DNA of 64,000 nucleotides. It comes from Candidatus Binatia bacterium (GTDB lineage Bacteria; Desulfobacterota; Binatia; HRBIN30). The notes beneath the pieces were generated by a model, which ran no database searches, was not told the origin of the DNA, and worked only from the letters and a program-made list of their open reading frames with translations. Positions 8,704-18,958 of this stretch are shown here, piece after piece; the stretch's first letter is position 1, and every line of letters begins with the position of its first letter. The position numbers were made by a program, and so were the translations under genes. The DNA lies in assembly GCA_038245295.1 (NCBI GenBank), contig JBBRSP010000001.1, forward strand, positions 384,001 through 448,000, read 5' to 3'.

Positions 8704-10877
8704 GTCTTGGGGCGCCTTCCCGAACGGGCCGCCTCTGGCCACGCACCGCGCACGCGTAGTCGAACCGTGTCGAGGATACGGCCGTTCGTATCTTGCAGCG
8801 TCAGGGTGTGCGGGCCCGCCTCCGGCGTCCACCATGCGTCGCCTCGCACACTGCCGATATCGATGCCGTCGACAACCCAACGCCGATCGGCTGCTGCGGT
8901 CTGTGCTTGTAAGGGAATGCGCTGGCGATCCATGCCGATATCCGGGTCGATCGCGACGATTGCCCCTGCTACCGGCGTGACGATGTGCTCGCGACCCTCC
9001 GAGCGCTTGATCACCGCCGTGATCGGCTCGGTGCCGGCCAGATACCACTCGCGGCGCGCCAACTCCGTGGTGTCGGGAAACTCCGACCACTGCGCCACGA
9101 CACCGAGCGGCGGCGTCGGTGCCTGACTGCTGTGTTGACGATGCATCGATTCCATCAGGTCGTGCCAGATCAACGCCGCACCGGAGACGCCGGTCACATC
9201 ATGCATCGGCGCTCCTGAAGCGTTGCCTACCCACACGCCGATTGTGTAGCGATCACTGAAACCGATGCACCAGTTGTCACGCATATCTTTACTGGTCCCC
9301 GTCTTTACCGCCGTCCACGAAGTTGTCCCGAGCGGTGAATCGAGCCCGAACGTAAGAGCCCGACTCTCGCGATCAGCAAGAATGTCATCAACAATGAAGA
9401 CGGCGGCCGGATCGAAAACGTTACCCGTCATTGGACTCGAGCCCGTGCCCTGGCCCGTGCCCGGCTTAAGCAGCCTCATCTCGCCAAACGCCCCACCGTT
9501 CGCGAGACTCCGATAGGCATTGACCAACTCCCAGAGATTCACATCAACGGCACCCAGGGCGAGTGCCGGGCCGTAGAATTCTGCCGGTCGATTGAGTTGT
9601 GCGAAGCCGAGTCGCCGCAGCTTGCTAAGCAGAGTATTCGGCCGCAGCAGCATCAAGGTTCGCACCGCCGGAACATTGATCGATCCAGCCAACGCCCGCC
9701 GCAGTGTCATCATTCCATGAAACCGGTGATCGTAGTTCTCCGGCCGATAGACCCCGGTGCTCTCGGCCACCTCGACAGGCGAGTCATCGAGCAGCGACGC
9801 GGCGGTTAGAACCTGACGCTCGAGCGCTGTGGCGTAGAGGAACGGCTTGAGTGTGGAACCGGCCTGGCGTCGCGCCCGCACCGCGTCAACCTGCGGCGCC
9901 TGCGACAATCCGCCGCTGCCGCCGACATAAGCCATCACCTCACCGCTGGTGTTGTCGACAATCAAGACGGCGCCGTCGTCGACGTGGCGGTCGTGCAAGG
10001 CCAGCAGGTGCCGGCGCAGGGTCGCGGTGGCCAGCCGTTGCAGATCGATATCGATTGCAGTCGACACATCCGACGCTACCGCGGGCGTCAACAAACGAGC
10101 TGCCAGATGCGGTGCCAAATCGTCACGTTCGAGACGTCCCGGGGACTGCAACGCGCTGATCGCACTGTCGATGTCGACCTCCGTCCCGGCTCCTCCAAGC
10201 CGCGTCGCGAGGTGTCGCGCTCGCGCCGCCACGTGTTGCGCCGATGCGGTCGGATCACGCAGCAGGGCCGCCAGGACAAGCGACTCGGCGTCACTCAAAC
10301 CGTGTGGTGCTTTGGCGAACAGGGTGCCGGCGGCGGCGTTGATGCCGTGTATTTCACCGCGGAAGGCGATGACGTTGAGGTAGGCTTCGAAAATTTCGTC
10401 CTTCGACCAGGCGCGCTCAATGGCCCACGCAGCGCGCATCTGTTGCCATTTGAATCGCAACCCGCGCTCACTCTGACGGCGCTGCAAGTGCGGTTCGAGC
10501 CAACGCGCCAGTTGCATGGTGATCGTACTGGCGCCGCGTGGTCGGTGACCGCGCAGGACCTCGGTGATCGAGGCCACAATGGCATAGTAGTCGACGCCGT
10601 CGTGATTCCAGAAGCGGCGGTCTTCGACGGCGACGACGGCACGCTGCAGCGCCGGCGAGATCTGCAACAATGGTGTCCACGCCCAACGGCGCACCCTGGC
10701 GTCGACACGGCGTTGGCCGAGGTTCTGGCCGGAGCGGTCGAGGAGGCGGAGGTCGGAGGGGTGGTGGTGGTCCTTCACCTCTTGGAAGGATGGTGCTTGG
10801 TCGGGGCTTTGGGAAGCAAGGACTGCAAGGACTACAAGGACTGCAGCGGATGCTCCAATGCAAGCGCGTCCTTTCAT
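8700..10877 (-). CDS. pbpC: Penicillin-binding protein 1C
   Basis: Transglycosylase EDRRF/GASTITMQLAR; transpeptidase STLK, SIN, KTGT; C-terminal BiPBP-like domain; ATGA overlap with alpha-2-macroglobulin. Confidence 0.95.
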   Translation of the reverse strand: MKGRACIGASAAVLVVLAVLASQSPDQAPSFQEVKDHHHPSDLRLLDRSGQNLGQRRVDARVRRWAWTPLLQISPALQRAVVAVEDRRFWNHDGVDYYAIVASITEVLRGHRPRGASTITMQLARWLEPHLQRRQSERGLRFKWQQMRAAWAIERAWSKDEIFEAYLNVIAFRGEIHGINAAAGTLFAKAPHGLSDAESLVLAALLRDPTASAQHVAARARHLATRLGGAGTEVDIDSAISALQSPGRLERDDLAPHLAARLLTPAVASDVSTAIDIDLQRLATATLRRHLLALHDRHVDDGAVLIVDNTSGEVMAYVGGSGGLSQAPQVDAVRARRQAGSTLKPFLYATALERQVLTAASLLDDSPVEVAESTGVYRPENYDHRFHGMMTLRRALAGSINVPAVRTLMLLRPNTLLSKLRRLGFAQLNRPAEFYGPALALGAVDVNLWELVNAYRSLANGGAFGEMRLLKPGTGQGTGSSPMTGNVFDPAAVFIVDDILADRESRALTFGLDSPLGTTSWTAVKTGTSKDMRDNWCIGFSDRYTIGVWVGNASGAPMHDVTGVSGAALIWHDLMESMHRQHSSQAPTPPLGVVAQWSEFPDTTELARREWYLAGTEPITAVIKRSEGREHIVTPVAGAIVAIDPDIGMDRQRIPLQAQTAAADRRWVVDGIDIGSVRGDAWWTPEAGPHTLTLQDTNGRILDTVRLRVRGAWPEAARSGRRPKT

Positions 10878-13800
10878 GGATTGATTTGCCACCGGTCGTT
10901 GGGGAGGTCGCCTTGGAAGTCGGGCGTGTACATGGCTTCGATGTGGGTAGGCGGTAGCTGGAAGGTGCCGGCGTGATCAAGACGGAAGGCGTGGCGTAGA
11001 TGCCATGTTCCCTTCGCCAGTGAGCTGAAATAGGCGCGGTAGGTGTCGAACGGGTTCTCGACGAAGGTTGGGTAGAGGACGTCGTCGGACCATTCGAGGC
11101 GCGGTGCGGCGTGTGACGCGCCTGCCGGGATCGGGTCATCAATGACGACCCAAGGCATGGCCGCGGCGGCGCCGATCTCGATGTCGGCTTCGACGACGTC
11201 ACCCTGGCTCCACTGCCCGGGAACCTTCTGCTGCGCCGCTTTGTAGCTTTTCTTGATTGTGTAGCCGGCGAAGCGCGGTTGGCGCAGCGGCACGGCCGCG
11301 CGCAGCTCCACCATGGCCCACGGCGTTCCGGTGCCCGTATGGCCGAGCGTCAGATCGGTCGGCTGGGCCGGCCAGCCGAAACTCATTTTACCGGGTGCAG
11401 CGGCCGCCCAGTCGACCTGCTGCGAATCGTTGCCGAGGTGGGCCTGCGTCGTGCCACTGACCGCCGTCGTCTCGAATTTCGCGGCGAACCGGTCGAGGGC
11501 GACCCGACCCCATGCGTTGGCGATGGTGGTAATCCACGCACCGTTGCGTTGGCGTTGGATGGCGGCGCGCATCAGCTTTGGCAATTCGCCTGTCCACCGA
11601 TTGGTGGCGATCAGATCCCCCACCAGCCGCACGGCGTTGATGTCGGGGTCGGCCAGCAACCACGGCAACGAGTCGCTCGTGTCCGTCGAGAAGCTCAGGG
11701 TGGAGCCGGTCAATGTCAGGCGCGCGCGCAGGAGCTGTTCGACTTCCATCAGACGCGAGGCTTGCTTGGGGATGCCCTGGACGCGGCTCAGGATCGTCCA
11801 CCAGTCGAGCACGGCCGATGTCGGCCACAGCTGTGGCTCGATGACGAGACTCTCCAGCAACGCCGGCGTCGCCGCGTCGGCGCGCGCCAGGGCCGCGACG
11901 GCGGCGAGTTTGCGCATGGCAAGATCGGGAAGTGTCGATCCCTCCTGGATGCCGCCGCTGACGAAACGCTGCAGGGCGCTCTTGAGGCGATCCTCTAGCT
12001 CCGCCGGCAGCGGCAACGCTGCCGCCTTGGCGATCGACAGGACATACGCGGTGAGAACCGAGCTACCTTCCTGCATGGATGGGAAGAACTTCAGCAGCCC
12101 GTCCGGATGTTCGTAGGCTGGCATCTCCGCCACCAGGCGATCCCACAGCTCGCGATCGGCCGTTATCACAGCGCGCGAGACGCGTTGCTCGAGGCAACTG
12201 TACGCGTAGTGGTCCATCCATTCCACCAGGCCGCTGGTGTTGCCGGCCAAGGAAGCGGCGAGCTGCACAACAACGCCACCGCGTCCGCCGTCCGCCTCGC
12301 GCGGCATTTCGATACGATCGGTCGTCGTCGTTGCCAACCGGCGGAGCACTGCCTGGTACGTGCGCACGGCGGTGACGGGAAGAATCTTTTGTGGCACCTT
12401 TACCTTGTCGGTGGTGCCGCCGGCCGTGGCTATGACCTGGTACGTTGCGTTCACGGCGTCGACCGGAACGTCTACGGGCCAGGAAATCAGCTGCGATTCA
12501 TGTGGCCCAAGATGCACCGGTTGGTCGCCAGCGCTGAACTTTAGTCCGTCGATCGCCAGATTCACAGTCGCATCCATGGTGGTTTCGGTGGTGTTGCGTA
12601 TGGTGAACTCAGCCGGGAAGCGGTCGCCTTGGCGCGCGATCGGCGGAACACCGGGTAACACCATGAGGTCTTGCGTACTGCGGATCGACGTCGAGCCGCT
12701 GCCGAAACGATCGCTGCCGGCGTGGGCGACGGCGACGATGCGAAAGCTGGTGAGTGAATCGTTCAGTGGAACCTCGACGTTGGCGTTGCCCGCTGCATCG
12801 AGCGCGACACGTCCCTGCCAGAGCAGCAACGTGTCGAACAACTCACGCGTCCCTTGAAAGCCACCGCCCCCACCTTGCGGCCGCGCTTTGAGCCCGAAGT
12901 GACGGCGGCCAATGACCTGACCCTGCATCGTCGAGGTGTTCACCTCATAGGGGCGGCGCGCCATCATTGCATCGAGAATCTGCCAGCTACGATTTGGGCG
13001 CAACTCGAGCAACCCTTCGTCGACCGCAGCGACCGCCAGTTCGGCCGGCCCAGGCAACGCCGAGCCGTCGGCCGTGGCGACATGAATGTCGACATGAGCT
13101 TTGTCGCGTACGCGGTACGTGGGCCGATCGGCCTTTACCTCGACGTTGAGTTGAAACGGTTTCCAACCGACGTCGATCGAGGCGATACCGAGCTTGTAGG
13201 CGGGGCGGCCGAGGTCGACCATGGCGGTGGGTTGGATGTCGCCGACACGTCCTCGTACCACCAATGCCGAGACGAATACGTTGGGTGCAAACTCGGGGCG
13301 GATCGGTATCTCAATGACGGGTTTGGTGCCCGAGATGTGGACGACCTGGGCGGTCAGGACACCCTCGCGTTCGGCGGTGACCAGGACGTTGGCCTCGCGA
13401 AACGGCATGCGCAGCTGAAAGCGCGCGACATCACCGGCTTCGTAGTGGTCCGACTCCGGGATCAGATCGATACGGTCGCTCGGGCTGCCCTCTTGCAGGA
13501 ACTCGCCTTCGTCTTCGCTCCACACCTCGGCGTGCGCCAGGCATTTGTTGCCGCTCGCATCGACTGTCTTGGCGACGAGGATGAGGCGCCCGCCAGCCGG
13601 CGTGGGCCCCTCACAGGAGAAGCGTCCGTGTTCGTCGGAGACGCCGGCGCAGAAGGGACCCAGCTCGGTCGTCTCTTGTGAGGTTGCATAGGCGTAGAAA
13701 CCGCCGACGAGACGTTGGCGGTGCGTGTATTCGAGACGCTTGAATGCCTGCACCTCGACCCGTGCGCCGGCGATTGGTTTTAGGTTTACGTCGACGACAA

Positions 13801-16513
13801 TGGCCTGGGCTGTAAGTTTGTGTTCGGCGCCGGCGGAGTTGTCGATCGACACGCCGACGAGCTGCGCCGCCGGCCACAGGCGCAGCGACTGCGCCGTCGT
13901 TTGCACCTGGCCGTTGGTATCACGGTACTCCATCTCCAGGTGCAGGTCGCGCGCCACGCCGTCGCGCGGCAGCTCCTTCACCACGTCGACCGCTGTGCCG
14001 TTGGCATCAAGCGTGATGCGATCGCTCTGATGCACGGCTGTCGACGCCGCGGCTTCATCGGTCAACTCGCGTTTACCAGCGGTCACGGTGCCGTTGGCGA
14101 AGGTGAACTCGCCCAAATGCGGCGGTGTGCTGAATGCCGCCGGCAGTAGCGACGCGCGTATCGTGACCGGTGCGGCGCTCGCCGCGCCGCCGGAGAGGTA
14201 CTGCAGCGAGACATCGATGGGCACACTCGGGGCGCCGACTTGCGGCTCCTTCGGGGCGGTGAGTCGACCGCGCATCAGCGGTAAACGAAATTCGCTGACC
14301 GTGAAGCTGGGCGAGAAGAACAAGTAGTCGCTGTCGTGCCAGCGCAATGCATAGGAACCGAGCTTGGCGCTGCGCGGAATCTCCCAGGTCGACTCAGCGG
14401 TTCCGTCGCTGCTCCACGTCAGCGGTACCTCGAAGCGATCGTTGCTGCCGAGGTGTTCGATGACGAGTTTTGGCGGCAGATCCTTCGGAAGGTCGAAACC
14501 GGCCGACGTCTTACGGCGCGCGATGTGTTTCATGTGCACGGTTTCACCGGCGCGAAACATCGGTCGATCGAGAATCGTGTAGGGACTCCACGACGCCGTG
14601 CCCCAGATGGTCGGCAGTTGGAAGCGCCACGGCTCGATGCCGTCGTTCCATTCGGAATGGGTGAAGCTGAAGTCGCCGTCGCGTTGCGCGATCACCAGAA
14701 CACCGGACTGCAAGGCGCTCAAGTTGGCGATGGTCTCGCGATCACTCCAGTCATCGTCGTTGCCGGTTTCTGGGGAACGCTCGCAGCGCGGGCCGGGGGA
14801 TGGGAACGGCAGGTCGGAGATCCACGCGATGCCGTGTTCGTCGGTCTCACCCTGCCAGACGCTGGTGCCATGACAATCGACGATCGTGATGGCGGCGCCG
14901 CTTACGGACTCGCCGCCGTCGAGCGTTGTGACCCATGCCAACGATCGTTCGCGTCCCCATTTGAAATGCACCGACAGATTGGTGACCAATGCCGCAGCGG
15001 ACACGTACATGGTCTGGTTCTCGCCCAGCAATCGGGCGCCGAGTGCCGGGCTGGCGATCTCGACGACGTACAAGCCCGGCGCCTCGAGTGGCAGGCCGAC
15101 GACCTCGGTCTCCTGGGCCGGCTTCGGTTTCGGAATGCTGATTGGTTTGGCGCCGCGGGCGGTTGTGAAGATACTCTTTCTGCGGCTCGAGGTGCTGACG
15201 GCATCGAGCCAGTGCAGAATCTGGCTGACCGCCGATGCATCGAGACGCATCACCTTGCCGCTGACCTGTTCCCAGGCGCTGCCGGCGCCATTGCTCGCCG
15301 GCGGCGCTGCCACCGTCTGTTGTTGTCCGCTCATCAGCATTTCGACATTGCGCACGGTAATCGGCAGGGCTGGCTGAGCCTTCGATTCGAGGACGCCGAA
15401 GCGCGCAGCGAATTTCGCGAGAGCCGGCATGGCGCCGGTCTTCGCATCGGGGGCCGATCGATTCGGTTCTTCCAGCGGACGGCCGGCGTCGTCGTGCAGA
15501 TTCTCCGGCAGCACGACTTTGAGGGCGGTGTTTTCGGGAAACGGCGGACGAAAGACGACCGAATCGACGAACAGGTCATTGTCGTTGGTGCTGGCCTCCC
15601 ACGTTTTCCCGGCACCATCTTCAAGGCGTGCCTGCTCGGCGACGGCGCGCGCCACCGGGGCGCCGAATTGGAGGCGAATCGGCAGCAGCGGGATACATCC
15701 GGCGTGGGCGTTCTCGCGATCACAATGGATCCAGGCGCGAAAGGCCTGGCGGGTGCGGAACAGGAACTTCTGCGGTGTTGCGACGGTGACGCCGCCACTC
15801 GATTGAATACCCGCGCCCCAGACCAGGGTGACCTTGGTGTCTTGTGGGAAATGACGGCGCGCCTGAATGATCAACGTCGTTGGCTTGGCGAGCTCTGACC
15901 ACAGCGTATCGAGGATCGCCTTGCGGGCCTGATCCTTCAGAACGTTGATGCCGACGCGTTCGCCGACGCCGTCGACCATGAAGTACGCATGCTGCAGCAG
16001 CGACGCTTCGGTCACAGGACTATCGACCTCGAGGGCGAACGCCTGGTCTTCGCTGATGCGGCTATCGTTCCCCTCGCTGTCGTCCGCATCGGGTTCCCGC
16101 GCCGCCGGACGAACTTCGAGTACCGCGGGGGCGCCCGTGTTGAAGCGGAACGCCCGGGTGCCGGTGAATGGCGTGCCGGCGGCGGACTTCAGATCACCGC
16201 GAACCGTACACGTGCACAGGACGCCGCCGGGAAGGTCGGCCTCGAAGTCATAGATCCAGGTGTTGGTGTCGGCCCAGCGACCGTTGCGTTTGCCGGGACA
16301 ATCACAGTCGAGCGGCGCCGGCTCATCCGACGGTGAGCCAAGCGCCACCACCGGTCGCGAAAAGCGGGCGCTGATCTGACGTACAGGTTTCACTTCTCCC
16401 TGTGGCGAGAAGACGTCCATCGTGAACGGTTTTGGGGCGGCCGACTTGGCGGCGCCAAGCAGTAGCGGCAACGCCGCGAGCGAAATCAGGATGGGGAGAA
16501 GTCGACGCCTCAT
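10874..16513 (-). CDS. Bacterial alpha-2-macroglobulin
   Basis: 1879 aa, DRPMFRAGETVH MG2 motif, AAVDEGLL, LNDSLTSFRIVAVA, thioester YSCLEQ, EAMYTP C-terminus; adjacent to pbpC. Confidence 0.95.
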   Translation of the reverse strand: MRRRLLPILISLAALPLLLGAAKSAAPKPFTMDVFSPQGEVKPVRQISARFSRPVVALGSPSDEPAPLDCDCPGKRNGRWADTNTWIYDFEADLPGGVLCTCTVRGDLKSAAGTPFTGTRAFRFNTGAPAVLEVRPAAREPDADDSEGNDSRISEDQAFALEVDSPVTEASLLQHAYFMVDGVGERVGINVLKDQARKAILDTLWSELAKPTTLIIQARRHFPQDTKVTLVWGAGIQSSGGVTVATPQKFLFRTRQAFRAWIHCDRENAHAGCIPLLPIRLQFGAPVARAVAEQARLEDGAGKTWEASTNDNDLFVDSVVFRPPFPENTALKVVLPENLHDDAGRPLEEPNRSAPDAKTGAMPALAKFAARFGVLESKAQPALPITVRNVEMLMSGQQQTVAAPPASNGAGSAWEQVSGKVMRLDASAVSQILHWLDAVSTSSRRKSIFTTARGAKPISIPKPKPAQETEVVGLPLEAPGLYVVEIASPALGARLLGENQTMYVSAAALVTNLSVHFKWGRERSLAWVTTLDGGESVSGAAITIVDCHGTSVWQGETDEHGIAWISDLPFPSPGPRCERSPETGNDDDWSDRETIANLSALQSGVLVIAQRDGDFSFTHSEWNDGIEPWRFQLPTIWGTASWSPYTILDRPMFRAGETVHMKHIARRKTSAGFDLPKDLPPKLVIEHLGSNDRFEVPLTWSSDGTAESTWEIPRSAKLGSYALRWHDSDYLFFSPSFTVSEFRLPLMRGRLTAPKEPQVGAPSVPIDVSLQYLSGGAASAAPVTIRASLLPAAFSTPPHLGEFTFANGTVTAGKRELTDEAAASTAVHQSDRITLDANGTAVDVVKELPRDGVARDLHLEMEYRDTNGQVQTTAQSLRLWPAAQLVGVSIDNSAGAEHKLTAQAIVVDVNLKPIAGARVEVQAFKRLEYTHRQRLVGGFYAYATSQETTELGPFCAGVSDEHGRFSCEGPTPAGGRLILVAKTVDASGNKCLAHAEVWSEDEGEFLQEGSPSDRIDLIPESDHYEAGDVARFQLRMPFREANVLVTAEREGVLTAQVVHISGTKPVIEIPIRPEFAPNVFVSALVVRGRVGDIQPTAMVDLGRPAYKLGIASIDVGWKPFQLNVEVKADRPTYRVRDKAHVDIHVATADGSALPGPAELAVAAVDEGLLELRPNRSWQILDAMMARRPYEVNTSTMQGQVIGRRHFGLKARPQGGGGGFQGTRELFDTLLLWQGRVALDAAGNANVEVPLNDSLTSFRIVAVAHAGSDRFGSGSTSIRSTQDLMVLPGVPPIARQGDRFPAEFTIRNTTETTMDATVNLAIDGLKFSAGDQPVHLGPHESQLISWPVDVPVDAVNATYQVIATAGGTTDKVKVPQKILPVTAVRTYQAVLRRLATTTTDRIEMPREADGGRGGVVVQLAASLAGNTSGLVEWMDHYAYSCLEQRVSRAVITADRELWDRLVAEMPAYEHPDGLLKFFPSMQEGSSVLTAYVLSIAKAAALPLPAELEDRLKSALQRFVSGGIQEGSTLPDLAMRKLAAVAALARADAATPALLESLVIEPQLWPTSAVLDWWTILSRVQGIPKQASRLMEVEQLLRARLTLTGSTLSFSTDTSDSLPWLLADPDINAVRLVGDLIATNRWTGELPKLMRAAIQRQRNGAWITTIANAWGRVALDRFAAKFETTAVSGTTQAHLGNDSQQVDWAAAAPGKMSFGWPAQPTDLTLGHTGTGTPWAMVELRAAVPLRQPRFAGYTIKKSYKAAQQKVPGQWSQGDVVEADIEIGAAAAMPWVVIDDPIPAGASHAAPRLEWSDDVLYPTFVENPFDTYRAYFSSLAKGTWHLRHAFRLDHAGTFQLPPTHIEAMYTPDFQGDLPNDRWQINP

Positions 16514-16585
16514 TGAGGCGTACTCTTACTCATCCGCTTCATCGTCGCGCAACTGCGATTGCGGGGGCAGACGCGATGCGTGTCC

Positions 16586-18910
16586 CTAGTCGGGGGGCGT
16601 GTCGGCAATCGCCTCGTCTTCCGGCGTTGGTTCCGGTGCGGCAGCCGGCGCGTGCAACGAGCAAGGTTCGGTGGGCGCACGGCCTGCTGGAAAGGCTTCA
16701 TCGAGCGAGGTAGGACAATCGGCCGTCGCCAGCTGGCCGGAGGCGGGATCGATTCGCACGGTGACGATCGTCGGCGGCGCGATGAACGGTTGTTGCGGGC
16801 GCGGCCCCAGGGCGCGTCGCATGAAGTCGGCCCAGATCGGCAGGGCCGCGTCACCGCCCGTAAGGTGCAGCGGTCGCGGATCGTCGAAGCCGACCCAGAC
16901 GATGGTGACGAGTTCGGGAGTGTATCCGGCAAACCACGCGTCTTTGTAATCGCTGGTCGTGCCGGTCTTGCCTGCCGCCGGACGGGTCCACCCGCGAGCT
17001 CGCACGGCGCGTCCGGTGCCACGTACCAGAACGCCTTCGAGCAGGTGCGTCACCAGATAGGCACTCTCCGGCGAGATGACCTGGTTGAACTGCACCGGTC
17101 GTCGCTCGAGAGCGATCCCATCGTGGGCGCGGATCTGTTTGATCGACACCAGATCGGCGCGTACGCCGCCGTTGGCGAGCACACTGTACGCTTGGGCAAT
17201 CTCGAGAGGTGACACCTCGGCGGCACCCAGGGCGATCGATGGGAACTCGCCGAGCGGTGACGTGATGCCCATGCGACGCGCCGTATCGATCACGGCGCGC
17301 AACCCGATCTTCTGCGCAATGCGTGCGGTTGCGGCGTTGAGTGAATGTTCGAGGGCTTCGCGCATACTAACGCTGCCGACGTAGGTCTTGTCGTAATTGG
17401 CGGGGCTCCAGCTCTGTCCCTGGAACACCCAGGTGAACGGTTCATCGTCGATGCGTGACGTCGGCAGCATACGCTCGGCCTCGTCGGGGACCTCGAACGC
17501 CGCGGTGTAGACGAACGGCTTGAACACCGAGCCCGGCTGTCGTCGCGCCTGTGTGCAGCGGTTGAACTGGGTGAAGCGGTAGTCGCGGCCACCCATCATG
17601 GCGCGGATGGCGCCGGTCTGCGGTTCGACGGCGAGCAGGCAGCCTTGCAACCGCGCCCCTGGATCGTCGGAGCGCAAACGTGGGTGCGCTTTTTCGATCG
17701 CGTCGAGCCCGCTCTGCAGGGCTTTCTCGGCGAGCAGCTGGAGCCGTGTATCGAGGGTCGTCTCGACATCGAGCCCTTCGGCGGACAGGACGTCGGCGTC
17801 GTAAGCGGCCGTCAGCTCCTGGCGCACGAAGTCGACGAAGTAGGGTGCATCGTCGGCATGCGCCGGCACCTCGGCGGTGCGCAACGGCTCGGCGACGGCC
17901 GCCTCATACTCGGCCTGGGTAAGGTGCTTGTTCTCGAACATCGCGTGCAACACCGTGTTGCGTCGCTCTTTCGCGCGCTCGGGATGGCGCAGCGGCGAGT
18001 AGATGCTGGGGCCCCGAATGATGCCGGCGAGCACGGCCATCTCGCCGGCCGACAGGTCCTGCAGATCCTTGCCGAAATAGTGCTGTGCCGCCTCACGCAC
18101 GCCGTGGATCGCTTGGGCGCCGCGCTGACCGAGGTAGATCTCGTTGAGGTAGTTCTCGAGAATCTCCTGCTTTGTGAAGCGGTGCTCGACGATCAGCGCC
18201 ATCAGCATCTCGCGGCGCTTGCGCGCAAACGTGCGCTCGTCGGTGAGGAAGAAGTTTTTCATCAGCTGCTGTGTCAGAGTGCTGGCACCCTGGCGCATAC
18301 GTCCGGAAGTCAGATTGACGATGGTGGCGCGTACCAAGCCGATGAGGTCGACGCCGTGATGCGAGTAAAAACGTTGATCTTCGGTGTCGAGAATCGCCTG
18401 AATGAGTAGGGGAGGGACGTCCGCGAGCTTGACCAGATTGCGTTCTTCCCAGTTGCCCTGGAAGAGCGCCGTGATCAGCTTTGGCTCGAGGGCGACGATC
18501 GGCAGCTCCTCCTTGGAGTTGGCGTCTTCTATTCGCTGGATCATCTGGCCGCGCCCACTGACGATGCGTACCAGGTCGGATGCGCCCAACCCGGCTGACG
18601 ACTCGCGGCGGGCGATGAGCACTTCGCTCTCGGAGATCGTAAATTCCCCGTGCTTTAGCGGCGCCGATGCCGCGCGGCGGTAGCCGATGCGTTCGAGGGA
18701 GGCCTGCAGCTCCGCCGGGTCGAGAAGGAGCCCGGGATACAGAATCGGCCGATCGGCGACGACCTTCGACGGGAAGGCCCAGCGGTGATCGCGGAAGCGT
18801 TCGGTGACGACCGCGTCCCACGCCTGCAGGCGTGGCCACACGAAGAGGAAGAAAGCCAGGGTGGCTGCCACTCCGAGCAGGGCGAAGGCAGCAAGGAGGC
18901 GGCGCCACAT
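16586..18910 (-). CDS. mrcB: Class A penicillin-binding protein (PBP1B-like)
   Basis: N-terminal TM, UB2H-like segment, EDQRF, GASTLTQQL, SVFK, SLN, KTGT. Confidence 0.9.
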   Translation of the reverse strand: MWRRLLAAFALLGVAATLAFFLFVWPRLQAWDAVVTERFRDHRWAFPSKVVADRPILYPGLLLDPAELQASLERIGYRRAASAPLKHGEFTISESEVLIARRESSAGLGASDLVRIVSGRGQMIQRIEDANSKEELPIVALEPKLITALFQGNWEERNLVKLADVPPLLIQAILDTEDQRFYSHHGVDLIGLVRATIVNLTSGRMRQGASTLTQQLMKNFFLTDERTFARKRREMLMALIVEHRFTKQEILENYLNEIYLGQRGAQAIHGVREAAQHYFGKDLQDLSAGEMAVLAGIIRGPSIYSPLRHPERAKERRNTVLHAMFENKHLTQAEYEAAVAEPLRTAEVPAHADDAPYFVDFVRQELTAAYDADVLSAEGLDVETTLDTRLQLLAEKALQSGLDAIEKAHPRLRSDDPGARLQGCLLAVEPQTGAIRAMMGGRDYRFTQFNRCTQARRQPGSVFKPFVYTAAFEVPDEAERMLPTSRIDDEPFTWVFQGQSWSPANYDKTYVGSVSMREALEHSLNAATARIAQKIGLRAVIDTARRMGITSPLGEFPSIALGAAEVSPLEIAQAYSVLANGGVRADLVSIKQIRAHDGIALERRPVQFNQVISPESAYLVTHLLEGVLVRGTGRAVRARGWTRPAAGKTGTTSDYKDAWFAGYTPELVTIVWVGFDDPRPLHLTGGDAALPIWADFMRRALGPRPQQPFIAPPTIVTVRIDPASGQLATADCPTSLDEAFPAGRAPTEPCSLHAPAAAPEPTPEDEAIADTPPD

Positions 18911-18922
18911 GGGTGGGGGGGC

Positions 18923-18950
18923 CGACCGGGCCGCCGAGGCGGCCCGGTCG
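18923..18950 (-). terminator. Perfect GC-rich hairpin between the HtrA and PBP1B genes
   Basis: CGACCGGGCCGCC-GA-GGCGGCCCGGTCG; no U-tract, so it may be a stabiliser rather than a terminator. Confidence 0.5.
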
Positions 18951-18958
18951 TGGGTGCT

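Noticed and set aside
16559..16570. CTGCCCCCGCAA (minus strand) resembling a cobalamin riboswitch core
   Set aside because: The following CTGT and upstream GGGAA elements are missing, and the rest would lie inside the PBP1B coding region
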